A stretch of 64,000 nt of DNA from Eledone cirrhosa (lineage: Eukaryota): contig OZ024746.1 in assembly GCA_964016885.1 (NCBI GenBank), positions 86,366,001 to 86,430,000 on the forward strand. The letters are read 5' to 3'. Numbering within the stretch: position 1 is the first letter of the stretch; every line of letters begins with the position of its first letter. This document shows positions 13,301 to 26,728 of the stretch, piece by piece. Both the position numbers and the translations under genes were made by a program. The notes below the pieces were generated by a model. It made no database searches, was not told the origin of the DNA, and was given only the letters and a program-made list of their open reading frames with translations.

Positions 13301-16300
13301 ACACTACACCAGTTGAACCACCAGCTCAAGAATATCATGATGTTACACATGAAACATACTATACCAGTTGAACCTCCAGCTCAAGAACATTACGATGTTA
13401 CACATGAAACACACTACACCAGTTGAACCACCAGCTCAATAATGTCACGATGTTACACATGAAACGCACTACACCAGTTGAACCACAAGCTCAAGAATAT
13501 CACGATGTTACACATGAAACACACTACACCAGTTAAACTACCAGCTCAATAATATCTCGATGTTCCACATGAAACATACTACACCAGTTGAACCACCAGC
13601 TCAAGAACATTACGATGTTACACATGAAACACACTACACCAGTTGAACCACCAGCTCAAGAAGAGCATGATGTTACACATGAAACACACTACACCAGTTG
13701 AACCACCAGCTCAAGAACATTACGATGTTACACATAAAACACACTATACCAGTTGAACCACCAGCTCAAGAATATGATGATGTTACACATGAAACATGCT
13801 GCACCAGTTGAACCACCAGCTCAAGTACATTACGATGTTACACATGAACACACTACACCAGTTGAACCACCAGCTCAAGAATATGATGATGTTACACATG
13901 AAACACACTACACCAGTTGAACCACCAACTCAAGAATATCATGATGTTACATATGAAACACACTACACCAGTTGACCACCAGGTCAAGTACAGCATGATG
14001 TTACACATGAAACATACTACACCAGTTGAACCACCAGCTCAAGAAAATCATGATGTTACATATGAAACATGCTACACCAGTTGAACAACCAGCTCGAGAA
14101 TATCATGATGTTACACATGAAATATACTACACCAGTTGAAGCACCAGCTCAAGAATATCATGATGTTACACATGAAACGTACTACACCAGTTGAACAACC
14201 AGCTCGAGAATATCATGATGTTACACATGAAATATACTACACCAATTGAACCACCAGCTCAAGAACATTACGATGTTACACATGAAACACACTACACCAG
14301 TTGAACAACCAGCTCGAGAATATCATGATGTTACACATGAAATATACTACACCAGTTGAACCACCAGCTCAAGAATATTATGATGTTACACATGAAATAT
14401 ACTACACCAGTTGAACCACCAGCTCAAGAATATCATGATGTTACACATGAAACATACTACACCAGTTGAACCTCCAGCTCAAGAATATTATGATGTTACA
14501 CATGAAACATACTACACCAGTTGAACCACCAACTCAAGAATATCATGATGTTACACATGAAACATACTACACCAGTTGAACCTCCAGCTCAAGAATATTA
14601 TGATGTTACACATGAAACATACTACACCAGTTGAACCACCAACTCATGAACATCATGATGTTACACATTAAACACACTACACCAGTTGAACCACCATCTC
14701 AATAATGTCACGATGTTACATATGAAACACACTACACCAGTTGAACCACCAACTCAAGAACATTACGATGTTACACATGAAACACACTACACCAGTTGAA
14801 CCACCAGCTCAAGAATATTATGATGTTACACATGAAATATACTACACCAGTTGAACCACCAGCTCAAGAATATCATGATGTTACACATGAAACGTACTAC
14901 ACCAGTTGAACAACCAGCTCGAGAATATCATGATGTTACACATGAAATATACTACACCAGTTGAACCACCAGCTCAAGAATATCATGATGTTACATATGA
15001 AACATGCTACACCAGTTGAACAACCAGCTCGAGAATATCATGATGTTACACATGAAATATACTACACCAGTTGAACCACCAGCTCAAGAATATCATGATG
15101 TTACACATGAAACGTACTACACCAATTGAACCACCAGCTCAAGAATATCATGATGTTACACATGAAACGTACTACACCAATTGAACCACCAGCTCAAGAA
15201 CATTACGATGTTACACATGAAACACACTACACCAGTTGAACCACCAGCTCAAGAATATTATGATGTTACACATGAAACATACTACACCAGTTGAACCACC
15301 AACTCAAGAATATCATGATGTTACACATGAAACACACCACACCAGTTGAACCACCAGCTCAAGAATATCATCATGTTACACATGAAACATACTACACCAT
15401 TTGAACCACCAGCTCACGAACATTACGATGTTACACATGAAACACACTACACCAGTTGAACCACCAGCTCAAGAATATCATGATGTTACACATGAAACAT
15501 ACTACACCAGTTGAACCTCCAGCTCAAGAATATCATGATGTTACACATGAAACATACTATACCAGTTGAACCTCCAGCTCAAGAACATTACGATGTTACA
15601 CATGAAACACACTACTCCAGTTGAACCACCTGCTCAAGAATATCATGATGTTACACATGAAACATACTACACCAGTTGAACCACCAGCTCAAGAATATCA
15701 TGATGTTACACATGAAACACACCACACCAGTTGAACCACCAGCTCAAGAATATCATCATGTTACACATGAAACATACTACACCAGTTGAACCACCAGCTC
15801 AAGAACATTACGATGTTACACATGAAACACACTACACCAGTTGAACCACCAGCTCAATAATGTCACGATGTTACACATGAAACGCACTACACCAGTTGAA
15901 CCACAAGCTCAAGAATATCACGATGTTACACATGAAACACACTACACCAGTTAAACTACCAGCTCAACAATATCTCGATGTTACACATGAAACATACTAC
16001 ACCAGTTGAACCACCAGCTCATGAACATCATGATGTTACACATTAAACACACTACACCAGTTGAACCACCATCTCAATAATGTCACGATGTTACATATGA
16101 AACACACTACACCAGTTGAACCACCAACTCAAGAACATTACGATGTTACACATGAAACACACTACACCAGTTGAACCACCAGCTCAAGAACAGCATGATG
16201 TTACACATGAAACATACTACACCAGTTGAACCACCAGCTCAAGAAGAGCATGATGTTACACATGAAACACACTACACCAGTTGATCCACCAGCTCAATAA

Positions 16301-16510
16301 TGTCACGATGTTACACATGAAACGCTCTACACCAGTTGAACCACCAGCTCAACAACATCACGATGTTACACATGAAACGCACTAGACCAGTTGAACCTCC
16401 AGCTCAAGAACAGCATGATGTTACACATGAAACGCACTACACCAGTTGAACCACCAGCTCAACAACATTACGATGCTACACATGAAACGCACTACACCAG
16501 TTAGTTGAAC
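7388..16510 (+). repeat. Tandem satellite, 55-bp unit, about 165 copies
   Basis: Unit AGTTGAACCACCAGCTCAAGAACATCACGATGTTACACATGAAACACACTACACC; period 55 checked at 8641/8696; copy number estimated from array length. Confidence 0.97.
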
Positions 16511-16889
16511 AACTAAATGAACCAATGGCAAATGAAATCAACTGCAAATGTATGCCACATTCAATAATATTTAGCTAGCAGTGCAGTTGGGTCCTGTTAA
16601 AGGTTTAGAGAGAATTCATATGGATCATCTGCCGTGAGTTAATGTAAACCTGGTTCACGATTTCCCAGACCTGTGTGCCTTTCACGTCATTTCCAAGCCA
16701 ACTCAGCGTGACACAATATTGGACAAGTCGTTTGCATTACAGGTATATCGGGGACGGTGGAACTGGATCATGGAGCCCCTAATAATTATATATTTCTCCC
16801 CACACTAACAAAACATTAATCAACAGTCGATCGACTTTCGTCAAATCGGACCGAGGAAACAATGTTTCCATTGGTCTTTCAAATTGCTA

Positions 16890-17042
16890 ATACTCTCTAT
16901 CGATCGCAACTCCAAGTAGAAGAAGCAATGTGAAATAGAGTGTCTTGCCCAAGGACATAACGCATCGCCCGGTCCAGGAATCGAACTCACAACCTCACGA
17001 TTGAGAGCCCAATTCTCTAACCATATAGCCACGAGCCTTCAC
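16890..17042 (-). mobile_element. tRNA-derived SINE family B (5' part); other copies ~23150-23450 (+, related), ~50405-50590 (-), 60464-60721 (-)
   Basis: Minus strand: GTGAAGGCTCGTGGCT..TGGTTAGAG..GAGTTCGATTCC..GTGTCCTTGGGCAAGACAC. Confidence 0.8.
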
Positions 17043-17057
17043 TGCACACATCTATTT

Positions 17058-17283
17058 GAAATTAGAAATAGAAGCTTTCGCCGTATATTTTTGACTAAAG
17101 AAATATTACCCTTATAGTGGGGTTTAGAACCCTCTAAGAAATGGAAAAAGATTAGTTCCATTTTTTAGAGGGTTTTAAACCCCACTATCAGGATAAAATT
17201 TCTTTAGTAAAAAAAAAATACGGCGATAGCTTCTTTTTCTAATTTCAAACTAGTTCGCTGTTTCAAAACATACTTACTTGCCT
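17058..17283 (+). mobile_element. Foldback insertion (inverted arm + direct arm + ~34 nt tail) with a 12-bp target site duplication
   Basis: Imperfect ~90-bp inverted arms (about 17055-17146 / 17156-17249); ACACATCTATTT at 17046-17057 and 17284-17295. Confidence 0.7.
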
Positions 17284-18029
17284 ACACATCTATTTCTATA
17301 TGCGCTACAATTTATGTACATGTTATCTTTATCGCATATCGAAGTTTTTTTTTATATCTTGGTTGACATTTGATAATAACAGCTAAACTAATCACTACAA
17401 CTAAATTGACCAAATTGGCCAGAATTCAGAAATTCTTCCACTGCCCCTGTATATATTCCATCCAAAGTGGTTCCACGAAGTTTCCGCCAACCTAGTTTCA
17501 TTTAAAGAGCTTGGCTCAACCAGTGGCTATGATAAAGTCACCTTCCTAAAATGTCACGTGGGGGGATTGAATCCATGACCCCATGAGTGCCAAATGATCT
17601 CGTTTGATATTGACGAAAAATAGAGGAGGGAGTAATATTCACTCCGTTGTCAAGCGGTGAATATAGCTGAGCCGTTAAAGCGTCGGAGAGAATGAATGCC
17701 TCGTGATGATTGTTCCGGCTCTCTGCACTTTGAGCTCAAGACCCGCAAGTTCGTGTTTAATTTTCAAACCTTCGAAATCGATAAATAAAATTAATCAAAT
17801 GGTAGAACCCTTTACCCTCTCTCTTTCTCTCTCTGTCTCTCTCTGTGTCTGTCTCTCTCTCTCTCTCTATCTCTTACTCTCTTTCACTCTCTTTATCACT
17901 CTCTCTCTCTCTCTGAATAGGCTATATTAAAAGAGACAAGATAACCAATCCTTTCATCAACACTGTGAACTCACCCAGAACGAAAGAATTCCCACCGTGC
18001 ACTGAATGGTCTATTTATTCTATCAGTTT

Positions 18030-18356
18030 ACAGCAACAGCAGCAGTAGTAGTAGTAGCAACAGCAGTAGTAGTAGTAATAGCAGCAGTAGTAGTAATATT
18101 AGTAGTAGCAGCAGCAGTAGTAGTAGTAGAAGCAGCAGTAGTAGTAGCAGTAGTAGTAATAGCAGCATCAGTAGTAGTAGAAGTAGTAGTAGCAACAGCA
18201 GCAGTAGTAGTAGTAGTAGTGCTGGTGCTGCTCGTGGTAGTATTGGTGGTGGTGGTAGTAGTATTGGTGGTGGTAGTAGTAGTAGTGTTGATGGTGGTGA
18301 TAGTAGTAGTAGTAGTAGTAGTAGCAACAGCAGCTGCGATTGTTGTTGTTGTTGCT
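18030..18356. repeat. (GTA/GCA/GTG)n microsatellite
   Basis: Direct reading. Confidence 0.92.
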
Positions 18357-18420
18357 AATGTTTATTCATAGGTCAGCCTCTGACAGATTTTGAACGTAAA
18401 AGGGCAAAACTTAATATAAT

Positions 18421-18748
18421 TCTCTACCCTAATTCCAGCGAGGGTGAAGCGGGTTATTTTAAGAATGTCGCTATATCTATTCAGCACTATTAAATGATGT
18501 CAAAACTGTTATTGACAACTGCGTTTTCGCAGGGAAATTTAGATGCAGTTTCATCAAGAAGACCTTCTACTGTCTCTACCCTAATTCCAACGGAGGTGAT
18601 GCAGGTTATTTTAAGGACGTGGCAATATCTATGCATTACTCTTAACTGATGTCAAATGGTTATTAAAATTGACTAGAACAAACTGCCATTGACTCCTGTG
18701 GTGTCGCAGGAAAATTTAAATGCAGTTTATTAATAAAGCCTTCTGCTG
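18421..18748. repeat. Diverged tandem duplication, ~152-bp period
   Basis: TCTCTACCCTAATTCCA at 18421 and 18573, followed by matching TCGCAGG-AAATTTA-ATGCAGTTT segments. Confidence 0.75.
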
Positions 18749-19525
18749 AGGTTGTTATGGCAACTTCAACTCATGAACTATATCAGTCCTCATACCATGC
18801 GTTGCAGGAAATTTGCAGCATAGTGCTACTACTAACCGCCATATTAAGACTGTTGTTTTCTGAACAATATAATTTTCTGTTGGTTTTAACTTTATAGCAC
18901 TTCGGACTAAAACTGATGATATTGCAGACTACCACTTCTCATAAACATTTCAGACCTATTATTATGTAATATGGTTTCACATAGATATAAATGTGTAAAA
19001 TTTAAAGAGCCATCAAGAATACATATCTGGAAATTTTGCTCATCGCGCTAACATATATGACATCAATCCACAAGATTTTGATGCAGAAACCAAGAGACAA
19101 TTACTGACTAACTGAGAGATAGATTATTTTAATTGAAGAAGACTTTCAGGAGCTGTTTCTTTCACATACAGACTTATAGCGTTTAAGTTCTATCTGAACT
19201 CATCTATACAAGACACATTTGAAGGGACAGCGGTGATGGTTTAATTTATTGTGTTTTGACTTAAAGTTTCCAAACTTTGGAAAAGTAATTCAATGTCTGA
19301 CAAGGTTGGATATATAGTTGGCTTTGAAATCGGTCACGAAGCAGGAAGCTGATGTATAAATTCCTAAACACAAAACATTTTTTATTCGTAGTGTCGCGAC
19401 TCTTGATGTGGAGGCTGTCATTGCCTCGCTAAATGCTATTATCTAGAAAGGGTGTTTATCTACCTGTCTAAACACAACTATCTAGAATGGATGTTCACCT
19501 ATCCCTAAATGTCATTATATAGAAT

Positions 19526-20238
19526 GGGCGGTGGATTGGCAATATCGGTAGAGGGTCGGACGCCATGCTTTGCAGCAAAGAGTTACAGCCCTTTATGGTC
19601 TTAGTTAAAATCCCGCCGAGGTAACCTTGCCTTTCATCCTTAAGGGGTCGATAAAATAAAGCACCAGTAATGCATTCGGGTAATTGCTGGCCTTGTGCCA
19701 AAAGTAGAAACAATTATTAAGAATGAATGTTTGCTTCGCACCTTAAACGCTATTGTTTAAATGGATGCTTAAATGCAGGCTATCAAGAATCTACCATGCC
19801 ATCATAATTCTTTTTAGCGTTGGCACGACCAGAAATTTAGGTGAAGGAAAACGTCAATTATATCAATCTCAGAGTTCACCTGCTACTTTATTTTGTTGAT
19901 CCTGGAAGGATGAAAGGTAAAATTACACTCGGCGGGATTTGAACCCAGAACATAAAGAGACGTTATTGGCTGCTGCAAAGCATTCGGTCCGGTGCTCTAA
20001 CCATTCTGCCAACCCCCCACCTTTATCATACCATCATCATAATTTGTAGTATACGCACAAGAGGGAAAAGTCGATTTAATCAACCCCAATGCGTGACTGG
20101 TACTTTATTTTATCGATCCCGTGAGGATGAAAGGCAAAGTTAACCTCGGCGGGATTTGAACTCAGACCGCAAAGGGCCATAACTCTATGCTGAAAAGCAT
20201 GGTGTCTGACGCTATGCCAATACTGCCAATCCACCGCC
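19526..20238. mobile_element. Three SINE A copies (19526-19718 +, ~19820-20022 -, ~20050-20238 -)
   Basis: Same box, core and tail motifs as 1016-1958. Confidence 0.85.
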
Positions 20239-20690
20239 ATTATCATACCATCATAATGCAAACAAAACAGGAAGTATTTCATGAATCACACCAACTTTGG
20301 AAGCAATAGACGTGTCTGTCTTGATATAATAAAATATTTGGTAGTTCTAATAATGACTATGGATATCTCAAGTCAGGTATACTAGATATAGCAGCCAAAT
20401 GCTCCTCAACCCAAACACCACTGTCTTAAACAATGAACGACCTTTTGTTTTAGATAGGTTTTCAAAGATGGAGGTGACATGGCTGGAATGATTTAGATCA
20501 TAGGATTACTCAATGAAGGTAGGATGGGATTAAGCAACAACTGTGGAAATATGGAAGGTAAAGTTAACCACGGAGGAAGAATTTCAATCGAGGGAATGAA
20601 ACCACAAGCAAGACATCAACATCGTAAGACTAATGAGTTCAGACAAGGTTACAAATTTACGTAGAAAGGGGAATCAAATTGCATTATATT

Positions 20691-20974
20691 CATGTCTTTC
20701 TGGTAGTTATTTGTAACGTCAATGAAAATATGGTAGCTCATAGGAAATATAATTCTTGCTCTATGAAACTTATCAATTACATCATGTTTTTCTGGCAGTT
20801 ATTTGTGATATCAATGAAAATATGGTAGCTCATAGGAAATATAATTCTTGCTCTATAAAACTTACCAATTAGATCATGTCTTTCTGGCAGTTATTTGTGA
20901 TATCAATGAAAATATGGTAGCTCATAGGAAACATAATTTTAGCTCTATGAAACTTACCAATTACATCATGTCTT
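20691..20974. repeat. 92-bp tandem repeat, 3 copies
   Basis: Unit starts CATGT at 20691, 20783, 20875 and 20967. Confidence 0.9.
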
Positions 20975-21140
20975 AAAGAATCACTATATTGTAGTTGAAA
21001 TTGGAAGAAACTGGTTTCAGCAATATAAACAAAAGAAACATTCGCTAATTATAGATTGCTTCCACTCTTTACAGTAGGGAGTTATATCTATATACTTGGT
21101 GTATTCTTATTGCTACTATGCTGGGTCATCAACGGAAGTC

Positions 21141-21319
21141 ACAGACATGCCAACCACTAAAAAACCCAAACGGGGAACCCAAAACGGGGAGAAATGAGAC
21201 AAAACGGGGAGATAGAACATAATGAAAGCTATACCCATTTTCACAAGAAAACACATCTCTCACCCACCCCAAAGTGGGTGGGAGATCTCCCCGTCCGACG
21301 GGGAGAGTTGAGAGGTCTG
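21141..21319 (+). mobile_element. hAT-like MITE (CAGACCTGYCAAC TIR family)
   Basis: Homologous to 48366-48558, 55649-55823 and 59788-59983. Confidence 0.75.
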
Positions 21320-21945
21320 GAAGTAACGTATCTTAGTCTTGAACACATTGCAGCACTAGTTACGAAATATAAGCCAATGACCCTTCTGCTGCTCATATAA
21401 TTACACACCGTCGGGAATCAACCTGTAAGTGACTGAGTATACCCAACGTCACGTGTACTCTTAACGTTAATTCCTAGTGTAACATAATTGTTTCTACTTT
21501 GGGCACAAGGCCAGCAATTATCCCAGTGTATTACTGGTACTTTATTTTATCGACCCCGTAAGGATGAACGGCAAAGCTAACCTCGGCGGGATTTAAACTG
21601 AGAGTGCAGTGAAACGGAATAAATACCGAGTCATTTAATCTGATGTTCTAACACCTTTGCAAATACATGGTAAGTCATAAGTAACTGGGAAGTTCAACTT
21701 TTATATTCCAAATATTTACTAAAATTCTGGTCATATAGTACAAAATTATAAATACATCAAACAATTCCCTTTGTAACAATTCCCAATAAGTAGTTTAGAA
21801 AATATAATTAAAATAAACGTTCGAAAAGCTGACCCAGTTCCTCACACACAAATGAGGGATGTTCAAAAAGTTATGTGAACTTTGCAATAAAAATGCATTG
21901 ACTGCTCGATTAACTTATGATTCCCACTGTATTTGCCGCCTAGAC

Positions 21946-22264
21946 CAGAGGTATGCAACATATTCCATTGGTGGGCCACTTTTGAACATTGGAACAACTA
22001 TTAGGGTCAGTCACTGTCAAAAATATGTAATCTAATGAAAACCACAACTTCTTTCCATAACATGGAACTAGGAAATTATAATACACACAATCCTATCAGT
22101 GAAGTCCTTTAGCATAGGTCAATTAACATAAAATTGTATTACGGTTACGAAAAGAATTCTAAATAAGCCTAAAAGGTAAACATTAAAAACGGTCATCGCG
22201 GGCCACTCTGACTGGTCTGGCAGGCCAGATTGTGGCCCGCGGGCCACCTGTTGCATGCCCCTGC
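21946..22264 (+). mobile_element. hAT (Charlie-like) MITE; partial copy at ~47253-47370
   Basis: Termini CAGAGGTATGCAACA ... TGTTGCATGCCCCTG with subterminal GGCCCGCGGGCC. Confidence 0.7.
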
Positions 22265-24093
22265 TCCAGTAAAGTAGCACATCTTGTGACACAGCACGTC
22301 TCCCTCCCTCACCATCTTTCGGGGAAAAGCCTTCTCCATTCTGTCCGCCGATGCCACGGAGCAGCCAGCGTGTGGGCCCCCATTTATTTATAATAGTGAG
22401 AGATGGGGAGAGCAGGAGACAAGGAGGCAATGACAGTGGGGGTTTAGTTCTTTTCTGTTCGGATCTTGTGTATGAATATGAGTATATGTTTCACGACGCT
22501 CAAAGCTATAATGCTTTTTATCATAGACCTACTCAATTTTACATATTTTCACAACCACCATACGGCGCAGGAAATTATTTTGCCAATCTTTCCGAGTGGT
22601 GAGAAGCAAAGTCAACCTCGAACATATTTGACCATCAGAACATTAAGCTTATGCAACTAAATACAACAAATAGACCACCGCCTCTCCCGTTCGACCGTCT
22701 TATATAATGGTTAAACTAGATAAACAAGAGATAAAAATAATTTCAAGTTTGATAAATAGAAGATTTCAGTTCCAATACAATTGTTTACGTTTACAGCTCG
22801 CAAAATATTATAGGTCATCTTATCTCAAATCAAGTGTACTTTAATCAAATAACAGGCACACACACAAGTACACGTGCACACACATACACATATATGCAGA
22901 CATATACTTACGCCCACACACACATACATACAGCCATACATACATATATAATTATAAGCATTCGCATTTATTTTGACTATCCATACACCCACCTATATAA
23001 AACACTATACATACATACAATACATACACACGTTATTAATGGTGTAAGAGGTATTAATCTACAATAAAATAAAATGAAGGTTGGAATTTTAAGTGCAATA
23101 AAGAAATGTAGCAATCATCAGATCTTTATATATTATAACGTGGTCGCAGGATTGGTTGAGTGGTTAAGAAGCTCACTTCGTAATCATGAGATGTCGGGTT
23201 CGATCCTAGGGCGAGTGTTTTGGCATAGTAAATCATCGCGTTGACCCAAACTATATGAAAATCCGCATGTAGAATATGAACTTATCTAAATGCAATCCCA
23301 CCTTGGGCAGAAATATAGGGATCAGCAGAAGTCGTTATTGAAATCTCATCGCATTTTGTGTCACGCTAATTCGGTTTGGGTATTATGATAAGTGTACACG
23401 ACGTGTTTGTGGAATAATCAACCACTAATTCAGGAGTTAGCAGTTTAATTAAACGAACATCTGAATACTCATTGTCGAAATTGACGGAGGATTTATCGTA
23501 TATTATAGTTGTTAACAGTTAAGTTTTGTCGGGGATTGTGAAGTTTTAGCGATGTAGGATCTACTCCACTATCCGGTTTAGATTCCTCGCTGAAGATAAA
23601 TTAACGTCGAATACAAAAATAAATAAAAAAATTTTTTTAAAGATGGCAGAGGAATAATGTCACAGAAAGGCAGTCCCTCCTCCATCTACAAAAAAGTCAC
23701 TATTTATGTACCATAAAAAAAGATAATTTATTTAAAACTGCAAATTTATATCTATAAATATATAAGGAAAAATAAAAAAAAACAAAAAAACACTGAGAAC
23801 ACTAAAAATCTGGTTCAAACTATTTTTCTTCCAGAAAAGCATGCTGGTCGCCTGGCTTTGGTGCTTAGTGAGGCTTCTTAATATTCCGGGTGGGCATTTT
23901 AATTCGCAAAAAACATTATTTCAGTAGGGTTTTTATTAATTTTATTTTCTAAATCTGAGGGAGCATTATTGAAAAGTAGAGGGCAGTACTATCCAGTGTA
24001 AAGAAATATCGATATAATCCTCTGATCTGCTAGAAATAACAGCCACAAACCCCTCAAATCGCACTTCCCCTACTTAAATAAATGCTTATTAGA

Positions 24094-24266
24094 TAATTGT
24101 TTCTACTTTTGACACAAGGCCAGCAATTACCCAGTACATTACTGGTACTTTATTTTATCGACCCCCGTAAGGATGAAAGGCAAAGTTAACCTTGGCGGGA
24201 TTTGAACTCAGACCATAAAGGGCCGTAACTCTTTGCTGCAAAGCATGGCGTCCAACTCTCTACAAT
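24094..24266 (-). mobile_element. SINE A copy
   Basis: Family motifs. Confidence 0.88.
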
Positions 24267-24375
24267 ACATTTATATATATATATATATATGTATGTATGT
24301 GAAAGGTAAACAGAAATAACAACACAATCGGTACAATATATGGAAGGGATAACGCTTGATATAGCAGGAAGAGGG

Positions 24376-24411
24376 TCTTAACGTTTCGGACGCTAGTCCT
24401 TCATCAGAAGA
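24376..24411 (-). ncRNA. Minimal type I hammerhead motif inside a microsatellite-flanked insert (24300-24640)
   Basis: Minus strand: tctt CTGATGA a ggac-tagc-gtcc GAA ACGT T aaga; palindromic stem III ACGT. Confidence 0.8.
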
Positions 24412-24639
24412 AAGAATGAGGAATAATATAGACTGAGGGGACGGGTGGGTTAGAATTGGAAAAAATGTCTTTAGATAAAAATAACAGGTCCATTCATGTT
24501 GACATCTCTTGCAAAACTGTTGATGCTGGCGTTTTGTGTATGATTTATTTTTTAGAAAAGTGGATGATGGAGCGCGTCTACCTGAAATGGAAAAAAAAAA
24601 CGATTTATAAAAAGAGCTATACTTGTGCACGTGCGTAAG

Positions 24640-24756
<117 letters not shown>

Positions 24757-25386
24757 ACGAAGCTAAGAAGAAATGTGTGTGTGTAGACAGGATGGACACG
24801 GCTGGAATATTTATCATCACATGTTTTTTGTTTTTTTCGATTAGGGTTGATTTGAGCTAAACAACAACAAGAAGGTTAAATCTCAGAAGAAAAAAAAAGA
24901 TTCCCACTTGGAACCATTCTCCTTCACCGAGGAAACTGTCAGGAAACTCGTACATAACTTATCCCAAAATAAATATCGTTCATGATTGTGTAAGAAAATG
25001 TAAAGAGTAAGTAGTGAACAAAAGTTACGAAAGCGGGGAACCAAACGTAGGGCTTTATGATTTCTAGTTTCATCAATTACTAAAACTTTAACAATATTAG
25101 ATTTTAATGTTATGACATACTACGGAATAAACCAATGATTTTCAACCATTACCGTATGTAGAATATGAACTTATTTAGATGCAATCTCTATTTGCGTAGA
25201 CAAATAGGAATCAGGAGGAGAGGTTTCAGTCGTTATTGAAATTTCATCAGCAACTGCGTAAATGTGTGCAAATTCCACAAATGCTAATGTCTTTTCTTTA
25301 TGTGTATTTATCTACGGTCCGAAAACGAATAAACAATATGACTCCAGTTTCGACACTAGACATGGTATTATAAAGCCATTGGTTGC

Positions 25387-25458
<72 letters not shown>

Positions 25459-25706
25459 AGTAATAATAATAATATTTATACTTATATATGGTTTATATAT
25501 AATTATAAATATTTAGGGTAGTACTAAGCACTAGCCAATTACCGGTAAGAGAAAAGGCTCAATGTAAATTATCAAATGTATTATCCTTATACCGTGTTTT
25601 CTGTAGCATAACATCTTTTTGTAACTCCTGATTTTCTATATGATGTCAATGACACTGTCAATAGTTCTGAAGACTAGGATTTTAATTACCTGTTTAAACA
25701 TCTCTA

Positions 25707-25753
25707 TGCTCCGATGATTCCAGACATTCGTCTGGAAGAAACAATTGTCAGAA
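25707..25753 (+). ncRNA. Hammerhead motif with a U4C core change
   Basis: ct CCGATGA ttccagac-attc-gtctggaa GAAA caattg TC ag; perfect 8-bp stem II, palindromic ACAATTGT; ~45 nt tail then (TA)n. Confidence 0.7.
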
Positions 25754-25815
25754 ATTAAATGTATTAAACTATGATTTGATTGTTTTATATTTTGTATATA
25801 TATATACACACACAG

Positions 25816-25885
<70 letters not shown>

Positions 25886-25887
<2 letters not shown>

Positions 25888-26415
25888 CAAAGGAAATGTG
25901 GTAAGGAACCAGATGGACCATAACGCACCAGAGTACTCAATACTTAGGGTAGTAGAATGGGAAATAGGAAAAAGTATGACTCCGACGGCAGAGCTCAAGC
26001 CGTTTCCACGGCTATTTCTGACTAAATTAGAATTTTTAGCCTGGTGAATAAATACCCGAACTTGTCAAGGGGTACTTCCTTATATGGGAAGATTGTAGTT
26101 GTCAAGCGGATTGGTTAAAATTTGTTGTAAACACAAACAAGTCTATCATATCACTTTCAACGCTTGACCGCTCCACTCACTCCCCTATTGTTCTACAGGC
26201 AAGTTCAGCCACCCTACCTCCCACCAAATGCCATGATAGACTTATTTGTGTTTACAACAAATTCTAACCAATCCTCTTGACAACTACAATCTTCCCATAT
26301 AAGGAAGTACCCCCTTGACAAGTTCGGCTATTTATTCACCAGGCTAAAAATTCTAATTTAGTCCAGAAATAGCCGTGGAAAGGGCTTGAGCTCTGCCATC
26401 GGGGTCATACTTTTT

Positions 26416-26420
<5 letters not shown>
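25886..26420 (-). mobile_element. (TA)n-embedded foldback element, family F1 (tail 25886-25963; arms 25964-26149 / 26233-26420)
   Basis: ~186-bp inverted arms with about 9 differences; (TA)n on both sides; contains a TTGACAA..GAAA hammerhead variant. Confidence 0.8.
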
Positions 26421-26449
<29 letters not shown>

Positions 26450-26728
26450 AAGATCGGAATTAAGAGTGTTCCGCAGTTCACAGTAATAATAATAATAATA
26501 TTAGCTCAAAGAAGAATAGAGAATTTTCTTCTGAGCTCAAATGCAAATATACTACACAAAGAGAAGTGTGTTACACAGTGAGATGTGTGTAAAGAATTAT
26601 TACAAGTGATTTTTACCGTTACTGTATAGAGAACAATATCTACAGGTTTAGCAATTAAATAGAAAAAAACTAAGTCAGAATCAAATCTCTGGATTAGAGT
26701 TTTAAATTACCAACCTTATAACTATAAG

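Noticed and set aside
7434-16500. Satellite as a coding repeat, CRISPR array or hammerhead satellite (CTCAAGA...GAAA)
   Set aside because: The 55-bp period cycles frames and hits TGA; there are no unique spacers; the core has C at invariant G5 and no stem II adjoining GAAA
23143-23215. tRNA gene
   Set aside because: A/B boxes are present but there is no acceptor stem, and it continues into a SINE body; it is a tRNA-derived SINE head
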